Shown: positions 1 to 9,811, counted from the stretch's first letter. The stretch is 64,000 nucleotides of DNA from Myxococcota bacterium (GCA_036560145.1 DATBRV010000062.1:108703-172702); one strand, 5' to 3'. Translations and numbers: made by a program. Notes: generated from the letters alone by a model not told the origin.

Positions 1-796
1 GGCCACGCTCGCCCGGCGAGAGCGAGTGCGAGGCGAGCGCCCGGTCGTAGGCGGCGAGCGCCTCTTCATTGCGGTTGCTGCGGAAGAAGGTGTCCCCGCG
101 GCGCCGCTCCTGCGCGGCGTTGCGCAGCGGCCGGCCGAGCCTTCGCTCGAGCGCGGCGAGCCGCTCGGTCGCCTCGCCCGCCACCGGCGCCAGCGGGTAA
201 CGCGCCCAGACGTCGAGATAGGCGCTGGCGGCGGCGGCCTCGTCGCCGGTCCGCTCGTGCGAGTTGGCGATCGCCACCAGCAGGGCGGCCGCCTCGTCCT
301 CGTTCGACGTCGCACGCCGTGCGGTGTCCCACAATCCGCGCGCGCCTACTTCGTCACCGAGTTCGGCGTGCGCGTCGCCGAGCAGCCGCGCGAAATCCGC
401 CTCGAGCGGGGATTCGGAGTGTCGCCACACGCCGAGGTCGGCGGCCTCGCGCCAGCGCTTGTCCTCCACCAGGATGCGCAGCCGCAGCCACTCCGCGTAG
501 TCCGCGATCAGCGGATGGCGCTCGGCGACCCGGCTGAGCAGCGCCTCGGCCTTGCCCACCTTGCCTTCGGTGGCCAGATCGCGGGCCGCGCGCAACGCGG
601 CGCCCGGGCGGCGCAGCAGCGACTCGGAGGCGGCGTCCGCCCCGGCTGGGAGGACGGCTTCGGCCGGCGCCAGCGTCCCGCCGACCAGGACCGCGAGCAG
701 GAGCGCCGCTGCGAGCCGGGGCGCGCGCCGCCGCGACCCGGGTGCGACGGGGAGCGGGAGAAACGAACGTGACGGCGCCGAGGACGGATCCCCCAT
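1..796 (-). CDS. secreted superhelical/TPR-like repeat protein, possibly the N-terminal part of a soluble lytic transglycosylase-type protein (partial, 3' end left of window)
   Basis: Absent from the ORF track because no stop lies in the window. The reverse frame from ATG 796-794 reads MGDPSS...RRRAPRLAAALLLAVLVGGTLAPAEA (signal peptide), then ...RHPLIADYAEWLRLRILVEDKRWREA...YLDVWARYPLAP... Codons are GC3-rich. The + ORF 26..772 is its antisense shadow. Confidence 0.5.
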   Translation of the reverse strand, partial: MGDPSSAPSRSFLPLPVAPGSRRRAPRLAAALLLAVLVGGTLAPAEAVLPAGADAASESLLRRPGAALRAARDLATEGKVGKAEALLSRVAERHPLIADYAEWLRLRILVEDKRWREAADLGVWRHSESPLEADFARLLGDAHAELGDEVGARGLWDTARRATSNEDEAAALLVAIANSHERTGDEAAAASAYLDVWARYPLAPVAGEATERLAALERRLGRPLRNAAQERRRGDTFFRSNRNEEALAAYDRALASHSLSPGERG

Positions 797-868
797 CGCC
801 TGCTGGAGTGTGCTGGAGCGCCCCGTCGTGTCAACGCGCGTTGTCTCACCGGGACCCCTCCGGTAGGT

Positions 869-2104
869 TTGCCGCGCTTGCCCCGCCCCACGCACATCGC
901 GAGGATGCTGAGCGCGCTCGTCTCGGCCGGGATGCTGGCCTGCGGCGGCGGCGATCGCGCCGAGCCCGCCGCAGCGCAGCCCGCCCGCCGGGGGCTCTGG
1001 GTGCTGGCCGAAGGCAGCCAGCGGGTGCTCGAGCATCCCGATCGGATCCCGGCCCTGATCGCGACGGCGAGGTCGCTGGCGGCGACCGACCTCTTCGTGC
1101 AGGTCTACCGGGGCGGGCGCGCCTGGTACGAGACGGGCCTCGCCGACGACAGCCCCTTCCGCGCGGCCCGCGACGCCGCCGCGGGCGCCGATCCCCTGGC
1201 GGTGTTGCTGCGCGAGGCGCATGCCGCGGGCCTGCGCGTGCACGCCTGGGTCAACGTGCTCTCGCTCTCCCAGAATCGCGACGCTCCGCTGCTGCGCGAT
1301 CTCGGCCGCGACGCCGTGCTGGTCGACCAGCACGGACGCTCGCTGCTCGACTATCCCGATCTCGAAGTGCCGCCGCCGGACGACGCCTACTACCGCATGG
1401 GCACCCCCGCGCTCTACCTCGACCCGGCTGCGATCGGCCTGTCGGAGCGGCTCGCCGCCACCTTCGCGGAGCTGGTCGCACGACATCCCGAGCTCGACGG
1501 CCTGCACCTCGATTACATCCGCCTTCCCGACGTCCTCCCCTTCGCCCCGGGCTCGCGCTTCGGCGTCGGCCTCGATTTCGGGCACTCCGCCTCCACGCGC
1601 GCGCTCTTCCGCGATCAGACCGGTCTCGAGGCGCCGCAGCCGAAGTCGAGCGCGAACGCGGAAGTCTGGGACGCCTGGCGGCGCGACCGGGTCACGGCCC
1701 TGGTGGCGGCGATCCGCAGCGCAGCGCGCGCCGCCCAGCCGAAGCTCGAGATCTCCGCCGCCGTGATCCCCTACGCCGACCGCGCCTACCTGTCGTTGTT
1801 CCAGGACTGGCGGCGCTGGCTGGAAGACGGACTGCTCGAGTTCGCGGTGGCGATGGTCTACACGCGCGACGATCGCCTGCTGCGCTATCAGACCGAGAGC
1901 TTCGCGGGGACACCGCTCGCGCCTCGCATCTGGCTCGGCCTCGGAAGCTGGATCTTCGCGGGCGAGCCGGCGCGCGCCGTGGAGCAGATCCGGATCGCGC
2001 AGCGGGCCGGGGCGCGCGCGGACGCGCTCTTCTCGTACGACGCGATCGTCGAGGCGCCCGCGCTCGCACAGGCGCTGGCGCAGCCCGCCGCAGCCGGGCC
2101 GTAG
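869..2104 (+). CDS. GHL10/DUF187-type (YngK-like) glycoside hydrolase-like lipoprotein
   Basis: TTG start gives a basic n-region and lipobox (MPRLPRPTHIARMLSALVSAGMLAC). TIM-barrel-like motifs: LFVQVYRGGRAWY, GLRVHAWVNV, LDGLHLDYIR. ATG 905 is an alternative start. Confidence 0.7.
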   Translation: MPRLPRPTHIARMLSALVSAGMLACGGGDRAEPAAAQPARRGLWVLAEGSQRVLEHPDRIPALIATARSLAATDLFVQVYRGGRAWYETGLADDSPFRAARDAAAGADPLAVLLREAHAAGLRVHAWVNVLSLSQNRDAPLLRDLGRDAVLVDQHGRSLLDYPDLEVPPPDDAYYRMGTPALYLDPAAIGLSERLAATFAELVARHPELDGLHLDYIRLPDVLPFAPGSRFGVGLDFGHSASTRALFRDQTGLEAPQPKSSANAEVWDAWRRDRVTALVAAIRSAARAAQPKLEISAAVIPYADRAYLSLFQDWRRWLEDGLLEFAVAMVYTRDDRLLRYQTESFAGTPLAPRIWLGLGSWIFAGEPARAVEQIRIAQRAGARADALFSYDAIVEAPALAQALAQPAAAGP

Positions 2105-3136
2105 ATGGACGCCGCGGAATTCGACTACCCGCTGCCGCCCGATCGGATCGCGCAGGAGCCGACACTCGAGCGCGACGGCGCGCGCCTGCTGGTGCTGGAC
2201 CGCGCGCAGGCCGCGCTGCGGCATGCCGCCATCCGGGACCTGGCCGAGCTGCTGGAGCCGGGCGACCTGCTGGTGCGCAACGCGACGCGCGTGCTGCCGG
2301 CGCGCCTGCGCGGGCGCAAGCCCACCGGCGGCGCGGCCGAGGCCCTGTTGCTGGGCCCCCTGCCCGGCTCGCCCGGCCGCTTCCGCGCGCTGCTGCGCCT
2401 CACGGGCCGCGCGCGGCCGGGGGCGAAGCTGCACTTCGGCCCGCCGGACGCGGGGCTCGACGCCGAGCTGGTGGAGCGCGGCCCGGACGGGCTCGCCGTG
2501 CTCGCCTTCGCGCCGGACGCCGACCCCTACGCCATCGGCGAGACCCCCCTGCCCCCCTACATCCGGCGCGACGCCGCGCGCCCCGAGGACGCCTCCCGCT
2601 ACCAGACGGTGTATGCGCGGGCGCCGGGCTCGGTGGCCGCGCCCACCGCCGGGCTGCACCTCTCGGAGGCGCTGCTGGGCCGGCTCGCCGGGCGCGGCGT
2701 GGAGGTCGCCGATCTCGTGCTCCACGTCGGGCCCGGGACCTTCCAGAACCCCTCGCCGGAGCAGCTCGCGAGCGGGCTCCTGCACGCGGAGTCCTTCTGC
2801 CTGCCCGCCGCGGCGGCCCGCCAGGTGGCGGCTGCGCGCGCGCGCGGCGGACGCGTGGTCGCGGTCGGCACCACCAGCGCGCGCGTGCTCGAGGCCCAGG
2901 CCCGCCCGGATCGCGGGGTCGAGCCCGGGGAAGGCGAGACGCGCCTCTTCCTGCGCCCCGGCTCCCGCTTCCAGGTGGTGGACGCCCTGCTCACGAACTT
3001 CCACCTGCCGCGCTCCTCGCTGCTGATGCTGGTGGCCGCCTTGGCGGGCCGCGAGCGGGTGCTCGCCGCCTACGCCGAGGCCGTCCGCTCGGGCTACCGC
3101 TTCTACTCCTTCGGCGACGCGATGCTCGTGCTCTGA
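2105..3136 (+). CDS. queA: S-adenosylmethionine:tRNA ribosyltransferase-isomerase
   Basis: 343 aa. N-terminus FDYPLPPDRIAQEP and C-terminus LLTNFHLPRSSLLMLVAA...YRFYSFGDAMLV are typical QueA. It lies immediately upstream of tgt. Confidence 0.9.
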   Translation: MDAAEFDYPLPPDRIAQEPTLERDGARLLVLDRAQAALRHAAIRDLAELLEPGDLLVRNATRVLPARLRGRKPTGGAAEALLLGPLPGSPGRFRALLRLTGRARPGAKLHFGPPDAGLDAELVERGPDGLAVLAFAPDADPYAIGETPLPPYIRRDAARPEDASRYQTVYARAPGSVAAPTAGLHLSEALLGRLAGRGVEVADLVLHVGPGTFQNPSPEQLASGLLHAESFCLPAAAARQVAAARARGGRVVAVGTTSARVLEAQARPDRGVEPGEGETRLFLRPGSRFQVVDALLTNFHLPRSSLLMLVAALAGRERVLAAYAEAVRSGYRFYSFGDAMLVL

Positions 3137-3137
3137 G

Positions 3138-4259
3138 ATGCGCGCGGGCTTCTCCTTCCAGGTGGCCGCCGCCGACGGCGACGCCCGCTGCGGGCGGCTC
3201 ACGACACCTCATGGTGTGGTGGAGACTCCCGCCTTCATGCCGGTCGCGACCTACGGCGCCGTGCGCGGCGTCTCCCCCGACGAGCTGCTCGCGGCCGGCG
3301 CGCAGATCGTGCTCGCGAACACCTATCACCTGCACGAACGCCCGGGCGACGCGGTGGTGGCCGCGCTCGGCGGCCTGCACGGCTTCACCGGCTGGCGCGG
3401 GCCCTGGCTCACCGACAGCGGCGGCTACCAGGTGATGTCGCTGGCGGATCGCGCGCGAATCGACGAAGAAGGCGTGACCTTCGCGTCCCCGCTGGACGGC
3501 CGCCGCCGGCAGCTGACGCCCGAGCTCGCGGTCGGGATCCAGGAGCGCCTGGGGGCGGACGTCGCGATGGCGCTCGACGAATGCCCGCCGCCGGGCGGCG
3601 CCGGCGAGGACGGCGGCTTGCGCGCGCAGGCCGCAGCCGAGCGCACGCTGCGCTGGGCGGAGCGCTGCCGCCGCGCCCACCGCCGCGTCGATCAGGCCCT
3701 GTTCGGGATCGTGCAGGGCGGAACCAGCCCGGCGCTGCGCCGACACAGCGCCGCCTGCACCGCCTCGCTCGGGTTCGACGGCTACGCGCACGGCGGCCTC
3801 GGGCTCGGCGAGGAGAGCGCCCGGCGCATCGACCTGGTGAGCGCCGCGCAGGCCGAGCTTCCCGGCGAGGCGCCCCGCTACCTGATGGGGATCGGACGCC
3901 CGCAGGACCTGGTGGCCGCGATCGCCGTCGGGGTGGATCTCTTCGACTGCGTGATGCCCACCCGGCACGCCCGGCACGGCGTGCTCTACACCAGCCAGGG
4001 GCTGCTGCGCCTGCGCAACGCCCGTTTTCGCGATGATCCGGCGCCTCCCGATCCCGCCTGCGACTGCCCCGCCTGCGCGCTGCACTCGCGGGCCTACCTG
4101 CACCACCTGCTGCGCTCGAACGAGGCCCTGGGCGCGCGGCTCGCGAGCCTCCACAACCTCCGCTTCTACCTGGGGCTGCTCGCCTCAGCCCGCCGTGCGA
4201 TCGCCGCGGGAGGCTTCGCCGGCCTGCGGGCTCGCGTCGAAGCCCTCGCCGCCGAATGA
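3138..4259 (+). CDS. tgt: tRNA-guanine transglycosylase
   Basis: 373 aa. Motifs: RCGRLTTPHGVVETPAFMPV, LTDSGGYQV, MALDEC, and the zinc site CDCPAC...H. Its start is 1 nt after the queA stop. Confidence 0.93.
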   Translation: MRAGFSFQVAAADGDARCGRLTTPHGVVETPAFMPVATYGAVRGVSPDELLAAGAQIVLANTYHLHERPGDAVVAALGGLHGFTGWRGPWLTDSGGYQVMSLADRARIDEEGVTFASPLDGRRRQLTPELAVGIQERLGADVAMALDECPPPGGAGEDGGLRAQAAAERTLRWAERCRRAHRRVDQALFGIVQGGTSPALRRHSAACTASLGFDGYAHGGLGLGEESARRIDLVSAAQAELPGEAPRYLMGIGRPQDLVAAIAVGVDLFDCVMPTRHARHGVLYTSQGLLRLRNARFRDDPAPPDPACDCPACALHSRAYLHHLLRSNEALGARLASLHNLRFYLGLLASARRAIAAGGFAGLRARVEALAAE

Positions 4260-4320
4260 GCAGGCTCGACTCGTAACTCAAGAAGCCGCGCGCGGGTTCC
4301 GATCTGCCTCCCGGCGCCGT

Positions 4321-5928
4321 ATGGCGTCGCCGAGGAGGGGTCCGTTGCCGCTTCGTCCGAGCTTCGAGAGCCGCGCGCCGCTGGGGCGGATCGCGCTGCA
4401 CGCCGCCGCGATCCTGCTCGCGGGCGCCTGCGCGCTGGGCGTCCAGGCGCTCACCGGGAGCGCCGTCGCCGCGGGCCTCGCCTTCGGAATCGCCGCCCTG
4501 CTGGTGGCCCAGGGCCTCGCCCTGGTCCCGAGCGCCGAGCGCGCCCGGCTGGCCGAGCTCGAGGCCGCGCTGCACGAGATCGGCGTAAGCCAGGCTTCGC
4601 AGTCGCAGCGCGTCGCCGGCTTCGTGCAGCAGCTGCTAGAGCTGGCCACGGAGCTAGCGGCGGTCCACGCCTCGCTCGAGAAGGAGGCGCAGACGCAGGA
4701 CGTGGCGGTCGAGGAGACCGCGTCCCTTCAGGCCAACATCAACGGCTCGATCGGCGCCATCAACCGCGAGGTCGAGGGCCTGGCTCGCGCCAATGAGGAG
4801 TCCGCCTCCTCGATCCTCGAGCTCGGCAGCGCCGTCGAGCAGATGGCGGGCAGCGCGCAGGCGCTGCACCAGACCGTCGATTCGTCGACCAGCTCCATCC
4901 ACGAAATGGGGGCGAACATCCGGCAGGTCGCCCACAGCACGGATTCCGTGCAGCAGATGGCCGAAGAGACCGCCGCCTCGATTGCCCAGATGGACCGCGC
5001 GATCCAGGAGGTCGGCGTGCACGTGCGCGGCGCCTCCGAGCTCACGGAGCGGGTCAGCCAGAGCGCCGAAGAGGGCTCGCGCGCGGTGGGCGCCACCATC
5101 GAGGGCATCGCGCGCATCCGCGAGCTCACGCGCGATTCGAAGACGGCGCTCGAGGGGCTCGCCGAGCGGATCAGCGAGATCGGCAACATCGCCACCGTGA
5201 TCGGCGGGATCAGCGACGAGACCAACCTGCTCTCGCTCAACGCGGCGATCATCGCCGCCCAGGCCGGCGAGCACGGCAAGGCGTTCGCGGTGGTGGCCGA
5301 CCAGGTCAAGACCCTGGCGCGCCGCACCACGGCGAGCACCAAGGAGATCGAGCGCCTGATCGCCGACGTGCAGGAGCGCAGCGCGAAGACGATGGGCGCG
5401 ATGGGAACCGGCATCCAGGCGGTCGAGGAAGGCGTGACGCGCTCGCGCGTGGCGGGCGAGGCCCTGGAGGTGATCCGGGTGTCCGCGCGCGACGCGAGCG
5501 GCCGTGTCTCCGAGATCGCGCGCTCCGCCGAGGAGCAGGCGCGCAACTCGAAGTACGTGGCCGACGCCGCGCTGCGCACCTCCGCGCACGTGCAGCAGAT
5601 CTCCTCCGCGATGGCGGAACAGGCGCGCGCCGGCGACCAGCTGCTCCAGAACGCGACGACGTCGCTCGAGATGTGCAAGCAGATGTCGCACGCGACCGAG
5701 GAGCAGCGCGCGTCGGGGCGCTACATCACCGGCAACACCGAATCGATCACCGAGATGATCCGCACCATCCAGCAGAGCACGCGCTCGCACGAGCGCGCCA
5801 GCGCGGGGGTCGGCGAGACCTTCGTGGCCCTGATCGATAGCACGCGCACCAGCGGCCGCCGGATCCCCGAGATCCAGACCGTGATCGCGCGCCTGCGCGC
5901 AGCCGCGCAAGCGCTCCGTTCGGCCTAG
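4321..5928 (+). CDS. methyl-accepting chemotaxis protein
   Basis: Start chosen at ATG 4321. The track ORF from 4033 overlaps tgt in another frame. Two N-terminal TM helices are present, plus the conserved MCP hairpin ETNLLSLNAAIIAAQAGEHGKAFAVVADQVKTLARRT. Confidence 0.85.
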   Translation: MASPRRGPLPLRPSFESRAPLGRIALHAAAILLAGACALGVQALTGSAVAAGLAFGIAALLVAQGLALVPSAERARLAELEAALHEIGVSQASQSQRVAGFVQQLLELATELAAVHASLEKEAQTQDVAVEETASLQANINGSIGAINREVEGLARANEESASSILELGSAVEQMAGSAQALHQTVDSSTSSIHEMGANIRQVAHSTDSVQQMAEETAASIAQMDRAIQEVGVHVRGASELTERVSQSAEEGSRAVGATIEGIARIRELTRDSKTALEGLAERISEIGNIATVIGGISDETNLLSLNAAIIAAQAGEHGKAFAVVADQVKTLARRTTASTKEIERLIADVQERSAKTMGAMGTGIQAVEEGVTRSRVAGEALEVIRVSARDASGRVSEIARSAEEQARNSKYVADAALRTSAHVQQISSAMAEQARAGDQLLQNATTSLEMCKQMSHATEEQRASGRYITGNTESITEMIRTIQQSTRSHERASAGVGETFVALIDSTRTSGRRIPEIQTVIARLRAAAQALRSA

Positions 5929-6932
5929 TTTGATTGAGCTTCGCTCGCCTGCGGCTCGCTGCGCGCTCTGCTTGCGGCGTCCAGCGCAACACACAGGCCC
6001 GCGAGGTAGGGAAGCCGGGGGCCGAGCCCGCTCGGAAGGATCTTCAGATCGCGGCCCAGCAGCGGCCAGACGCGCGCGAGCACCTGCTCGCGCACGGGGC
6101 CCAGACACAGCGATTCGCCGGCGGCGCTCGGGATGGTGCCGAGGATCACGACCTCGGGCGCCAGCAGGAAGACCAGCGCCGTGATACCGCGCGCGAGGTA
6201 ATCGTTGTAACGGGCCAGCTCCGAGAGCGCGAAGGCGTCGCCCTCGCGCGCCGCCTCCACCACGTGCTCGGGGCGCGCCCGCTCGGGCGCGCCAGCGAGC
6301 GCCGCCACCCGGCTGCCGGCGGGCGTCGTGCGCGCCAGGCGCCGCGTCCAGGCGGCGCCGCCCACGTAGGCTTCGAGGCAGCCCCGCCCCCCGCACGCGC
6401 AGGCTTCCCCGTCCCACTCGACCGGCGCGTGCCCGAGCTCCCCCGCCATCCCGAGGTTGCCCGCGTAGAGCCTTCCGCCCAGCACCAGGCCGGCGCCCAC
6501 CCCCGTCGACATGGTCAGGAAGGCGACATGCTGGAAGCCGCGGCCGGCGCCGAAGCGCCACTCGGCGAGCGCCGCCGCGTTGGCGTCGTTCTCGACGCGG
6601 ACCGGCAGCCCGAGCCGCTCGCCGAGCAGGCGCCGGATCGGGACCTCGCGCCACCCCGGGAGGTTCGGCGGGTGGAGCAGCACGCCGCTCGCAGGGTCGA
6701 GGGGGCCCGGCGCGGAGACGCCGACCCCGCGCAGGTCCGAGACCGCGAGCCCGGCTTCGGCGCAGAGCGCGCGCGCCTCGTCGGCGAGAGCCGCCAGATC
6801 GCGTTCGGGATGCTCCGTGAAGCCCGTGGGCCGGCGCCGCTGCGCCCGCAGCCGGCCCTGCTCGTCGCCCACCGCCAGCGCGAGCTTGCTGCCGCCGATG
6901 TCGATGCCGAGCCAGAGCGGAATGAAAATCAC
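5925..6932 (-). CDS. ROK family sugar kinase (glucokinase-like)
   Basis: N-terminal LGIDIGGSK ATP-binding motif. ROK zinc motif GHAPVEWDGEACACGGRGCLEAY. GTG start at 6932. Confidence 0.85.
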   Translation of the reverse strand: MIFIPLWLGIDIGGSKLALAVGDEQGRLRAQRRRPTGFTEHPERDLAALADEARALCAEAGLAVSDLRGVGVSAPGPLDPASGVLLHPPNLPGWREVPIRRLLGERLGLPVRVENDANAAALAEWRFGAGRGFQHVAFLTMSTGVGAGLVLGGRLYAGNLGMAGELGHAPVEWDGEACACGGRGCLEAYVGGAAWTRRLARTTPAGSRVAALAGAPERARPEHVVEAAREGDAFALSELARYNDYLARGITALVFLLAPEVVILGTIPSAAGESLCLGPVREQVLARVWPLLGRDLKILPSGLGPRLPYLAGLCVALDAASRARSEPQASEAQSN

Positions 6933-7074
6933 CTGTCAAGTCAGGCACTTACGGGGAGCATCCGCGAGCATATCACAGCCCTTGAGCGCGACCGCCGAAT
7001 CGCCGATGGAGAAAGCCTAGACCCTGCGAGCGCGTGCCGTCGAATCTGCCGGTCGGCGCAGGGAGGGGGGCCGA

Positions 7075-7506
7075 ATGCGATCCGCGAGATGGCTCGTGCT
7101 GTGTGCGTTGCTGCTGCTCGGGCCGACCGGGTGCATCACCTGGTTCACCGATCCGATGGGCCACAAGGCCGCCTTCGACCAGATCCAGCGCCAGTACACC
7201 CAGTACCTGCGCTGGGGCGAGATCGGCAAGGCCAGCGCCTTCGTCGACCCGGCGCTGAAAGAGGCCTTCCTCGCGCAGGCGCCCGTCTTCGAAACCATGC
7301 GCATCACGGATTTCGAGATCGGCGAGCTCGAGTACACGAGCGACAGCGCGAAGGTCTCGGTCACCTACCAGGGCTACTCCCTCGAGACGTTCGTCGAGCG
7401 CAAGATCCGCGAGGATCAGACCTGGTATCGCGAAGGCAACAACCGCTGGCTGGTGCGCAGCGACGTCGGGGGCTTCGCCAAGGTATTCGGAGAGGCGCGA
7501 CCGTAG
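7075..7506 (+). CDS. hypothetical lipoprotein
   Basis: Shine-Dalgarno GGGAGGGG lies upstream. Lipobox LLLLGPTGC. GC3-rich codons. No domain recognised. Confidence 0.6.
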   Translation: MRSARWLVLCALLLLGPTGCITWFTDPMGHKAAFDQIQRQYTQYLRWGEIGKASAFVDPALKEAFLAQAPVFETMRITDFEIGELEYTSDSAKVSVTYQGYSLETFVERKIREDQTWYREGNNRWLVRSDVGGFAKVFGEARP

Positions 7507-7542
7507 CGGAGAGCGCGCCGCACACCGGACAGGAGAGCGCGG

Positions 7543-8280
7543 GTGGAGACCAGACGCTGCATTCTGATCGTCGATGACACCCCTCTGTTTCGCGATCTCG
7601 AATCCCTCTTCCTCGCGCGCTCCGGGCGCGTGGTCACGGCGCGCGACGCCGACGAAGGCCTCGCCGCCCTGCGCCGCGAGCGCCCGGACGTGGCGGTGAT
7701 CGACCTCCACATGCCGGGGACCGGCGGCGACGCGATGTGCCGCGCGATCAAGGCGGATCCCGAGCTCTCGCACACGCCGGTGATCCTGGTGATGGGCTCC
7801 GACGCGCCGGAGGACCACGCCCTCGCGATCCGGGCGGGCGCGGACGACGTGCTCGCGAAGCCCTTGAGCCGCGTGACGCTGATCCACGCCGTGAACCGCT
7901 TCCTGCGCTCGCCCGTGCTGCGCGGGCTGGCGCGCGTGCGCCTCGAGACGGCGGTCCGCATCCGCCTGCCCGACGAGGACGCCTGGGGCACGGTCCGCAA
8001 CCTCTCGCGCGGGGGTCTCTTCGTCGAGCTCGATCACTCGATCTCGCCCAGCACCGAAGTCGAGCTCGAATTCCGGCTCCCCGACGGGCCGACGCCGCTG
8101 GCCCCCACCGCCCAGGTGGTCTGGCACCGCCCGGGAACGCCGGGCGCGCCGATGGGGCTCGGCCTCCAGTTCCTCGCGCTGGACGGCGCCAGCGCGCAGC
8201 GGATCGAGGCGTTCGTCTACGAGCATCTGCCCGCGGCGCCGCAGGGGCTGCTCGCCGCGGTCGCCCTGGAGGCTGGATGA
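7543..8280 (+). CDS. response regulator with C-terminal PilZ domain
   Basis: Receiver motifs ILIVDD, VIDLHMPG, LAKP. PilZ-type motifs RVRLETAVR and NLSRGGLFV. GTG start after AGGAGAG. Confidence 0.8.
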   Translation: METRRCILIVDDTPLFRDLESLFLARSGRVVTARDADEGLAALRRERPDVAVIDLHMPGTGGDAMCRAIKADPELSHTPVILVMGSDAPEDHALAIRAGADDVLAKPLSRVTLIHAVNRFLRSPVLRGLARVRLETAVRIRLPDEDAWGTVRNLSRGGLFVELDHSISPSTEVELEFRLPDGPTPLAPTAQVVWHRPGTPGAPMGLGLQFLALDGASAQRIEAFVYEHLPAAPQGLLAAVALEAG

Positions 8281-8639
8281 GGCGCTGGAGCCTGCTCGCA
8301 TTGATTCTCGGACTCTGTTTGTCCGCGGCCCCGCTCCGGGCCGACGACGACGCGGAATTCGCGTCCTGGCGGGAGCGCCTCGAGCAGGCGCAAACGGATC
8401 TGATCCGCGCCCGCGAGCAGGCGGCCGCCGCGCACGCCGCCTACGTGGACATGCGTCACGATCGCTCGATGCGCGGGGAAGAGAAGGCGAAGATCATCGC
8501 CGCGCGCGCCAGCACCGAGCACGCCGCCGCGGACGCGCAGGCGCGCTTCGACGCCTTGCGGGAGGAAGCGCGCCGCGCCGGGGTTCCGCCCGGCTTCGTG
8601 CCGCCGGACCCGCCCGCCGAGGCCAGCCCCGACTCCTGA
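8277..8639 (+). CDS. secreted coiled-coil protein, unknown function
   Basis: ATG 8277 overlaps the upstream stop (ATGA). Signal peptide MRRWSLLALILGLCLSAAPLRA, followed by Ala/Glu/Arg-rich helical sequence. Confidence 0.5.
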   Translation: MRRWSLLALILGLCLSAAPLRADDDAEFASWRERLEQAQTDLIRAREQAAAAHAAYVDMRHDRSMRGEEKAKIIAARASTEHAAADAQARFDALREEARRAGVPPGFVPPDPPAEASPDS

Positions 8640-9221
8640 TCAGTACGGGAGATCGAACTCGGACTCGTCGTGGATGTCGGTGGTGACGCTCCACTCGCGC
8701 AGCCGCGGCCGCAGGATCGAGAGGATCTGGTCGCCCTGCCGGACCACCTGCGTCTGGCGGGTCACCGCCTTGCCTTCGGGCCGCGTGAAGAGCGTGTCGA
8801 CGACGATCGGCTCGCTGCTCATGTTCTGCGAGATCTCGACGGAAGGCTCGTAGCTGTTGGCGCTCTGCATCGAGAGCGAAGCCGTCGAGCCCGTGCCGCC
8901 CGCCACCATCGCATCGTCGCGGCGCGCGACGGGCCGCGCATTCACGCTGCGCAGGTACGCGAGGCGCCGGTCGAGCTGCTCGGCGTAGCGCTCGGCCGCC
9001 GCGTCGTCGGAGGGCGTGTAGCGCTGGTAGTCCCCGAGCCGCCCCGCCTCGCGCTGCTTCGCCTGGTCGCGATAGCGCGCGGGGATCGCCTTCGGATCGT
9101 CCGTGAAGGCGTAGCCACCGTCCTCGGTCCGCCAGGAATAGACCGGGTCCGCCGAGGCCGGCGCGGCGAGCGCCGCGAGCAGCAGGATCGCCCCGGACGA
9201 AAGGAGGAATCGCGAACGCAT
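8640..9221 (-). CDS. secreted protein with DUF4124-like N-terminal motif
   Basis: Signal peptide ...LAAPASA followed by DPVYSWRTEDGGYAFTDDP, a DUF4124-like pattern. Convergent with 8277..8639 across the palindrome TGATCA. Confidence 0.6.
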   Translation of the reverse strand: MRSRFLLSSGAILLLAALAAPASADPVYSWRTEDGGYAFTDDPKAIPARYRDQAKQREAGRLGDYQRYTPSDDAAAERYAEQLDRRLAYLRSVNARPVARRDDAMVAGGTGSTASLSMQSANSYEPSVEISQNMSSEPIVVDTLFTRPEGKAVTRQTQVVRQGDQILSILRPRLREWSVTTDIHDESEFDLPY

Positions 9222-9343
9222 CTGAGGTGCTCCATGGGGGTTTCAATACACCCGTATAGTGGCACCTGGCTGACAAAAAATGTCAACTTTTTCAGTATCT
9301 TGGCTGCGCAACCCCGGCGCAAACCGCGCGCAGGCGGGCTGGT

Positions 9344-9372
9344 TTGACAGGCCTGCCCGCAGGGGATATACG
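9344..9372 (+). promoter_or_regulatory. candidate sigma-70 promoter of tRNA-fMet
   Basis: TTGACA (9344-9349), a 17-nt spacer, then TATACG (9367-9372), about 15 nt upstream of tRNA position 1. An AT-rich tract lies upstream at 9275-9305. Confidence 0.4.
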
Positions 9373-9387
9373 TCCAAATCGCTTTGT

Positions 9388-9464
<77 letters not shown>

Positions 9465-9471
9465 CCTAGAG

Positions 9472-9507
9472 CAGACGCCCGGCGCCCTTCGTAGGCCCGG
9501 GCGTCTG
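9472..9507 (+). terminator. hairpin H1 downstream of tRNA-fMet
   Basis: CAGACGCCCGG pairs with CCGGGCGTCTG (11 bp, 14-nt loop), followed by CCGTTCTT. The same hairpin recurs at 10992-11026 and 16072-16106. Confidence 0.5.
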
Positions 9508-9811
9508 CCGTTCTTGGTGACGACTCGAATCGGCCCTCGACCGGGTCGCGCAGTTCGGTGTGGTCTGGGACGCGCGGAGCCGAGGGCTTCTCGCCCGGCA
9601 ACTCCGCGCTAAAGCCGCAGTTCGCACGGCGGAATCACCGACGCCCGTTGGCGTCGCCCGCCGCCATCGTGCTCAATCCGCGCCGCTGTCGTGACGTCTC
9701 CACACGAGCGGTCAACGTGCAAGGATCCCGCACGGCCGGCTGGGGAAAACCTGGCGGACTCCCACCACGAATACGCCCCCGGCCTCGAATCACCATCGGT
9801 CACAACGGGCC

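Noticed and set aside
742-3435. Very long Arg/Ala/Pro-rich ORFs, for example 742..3435, 4654..6948, 37214..40189, 37245..41567, 44861..47392 (except its TetR end), 60110..62047 and 54809..57037
   Set aside because: These are out-of-frame or antisense shadows of recognisable genes in a GC3-biased genome. Their translations are low-complexity RAPG strings with no motifs, and they overlap well-supported CDS.
9262-9280. Sigma-54 promoter (TGGCACCTGGCTGACA)
   Set aside because: The -24 element is good, but the -12 element is TGAC rather than TTGC, and nothing sigma-54-dependent is obviously downstream. It is kept only as context for the palindrome finding.
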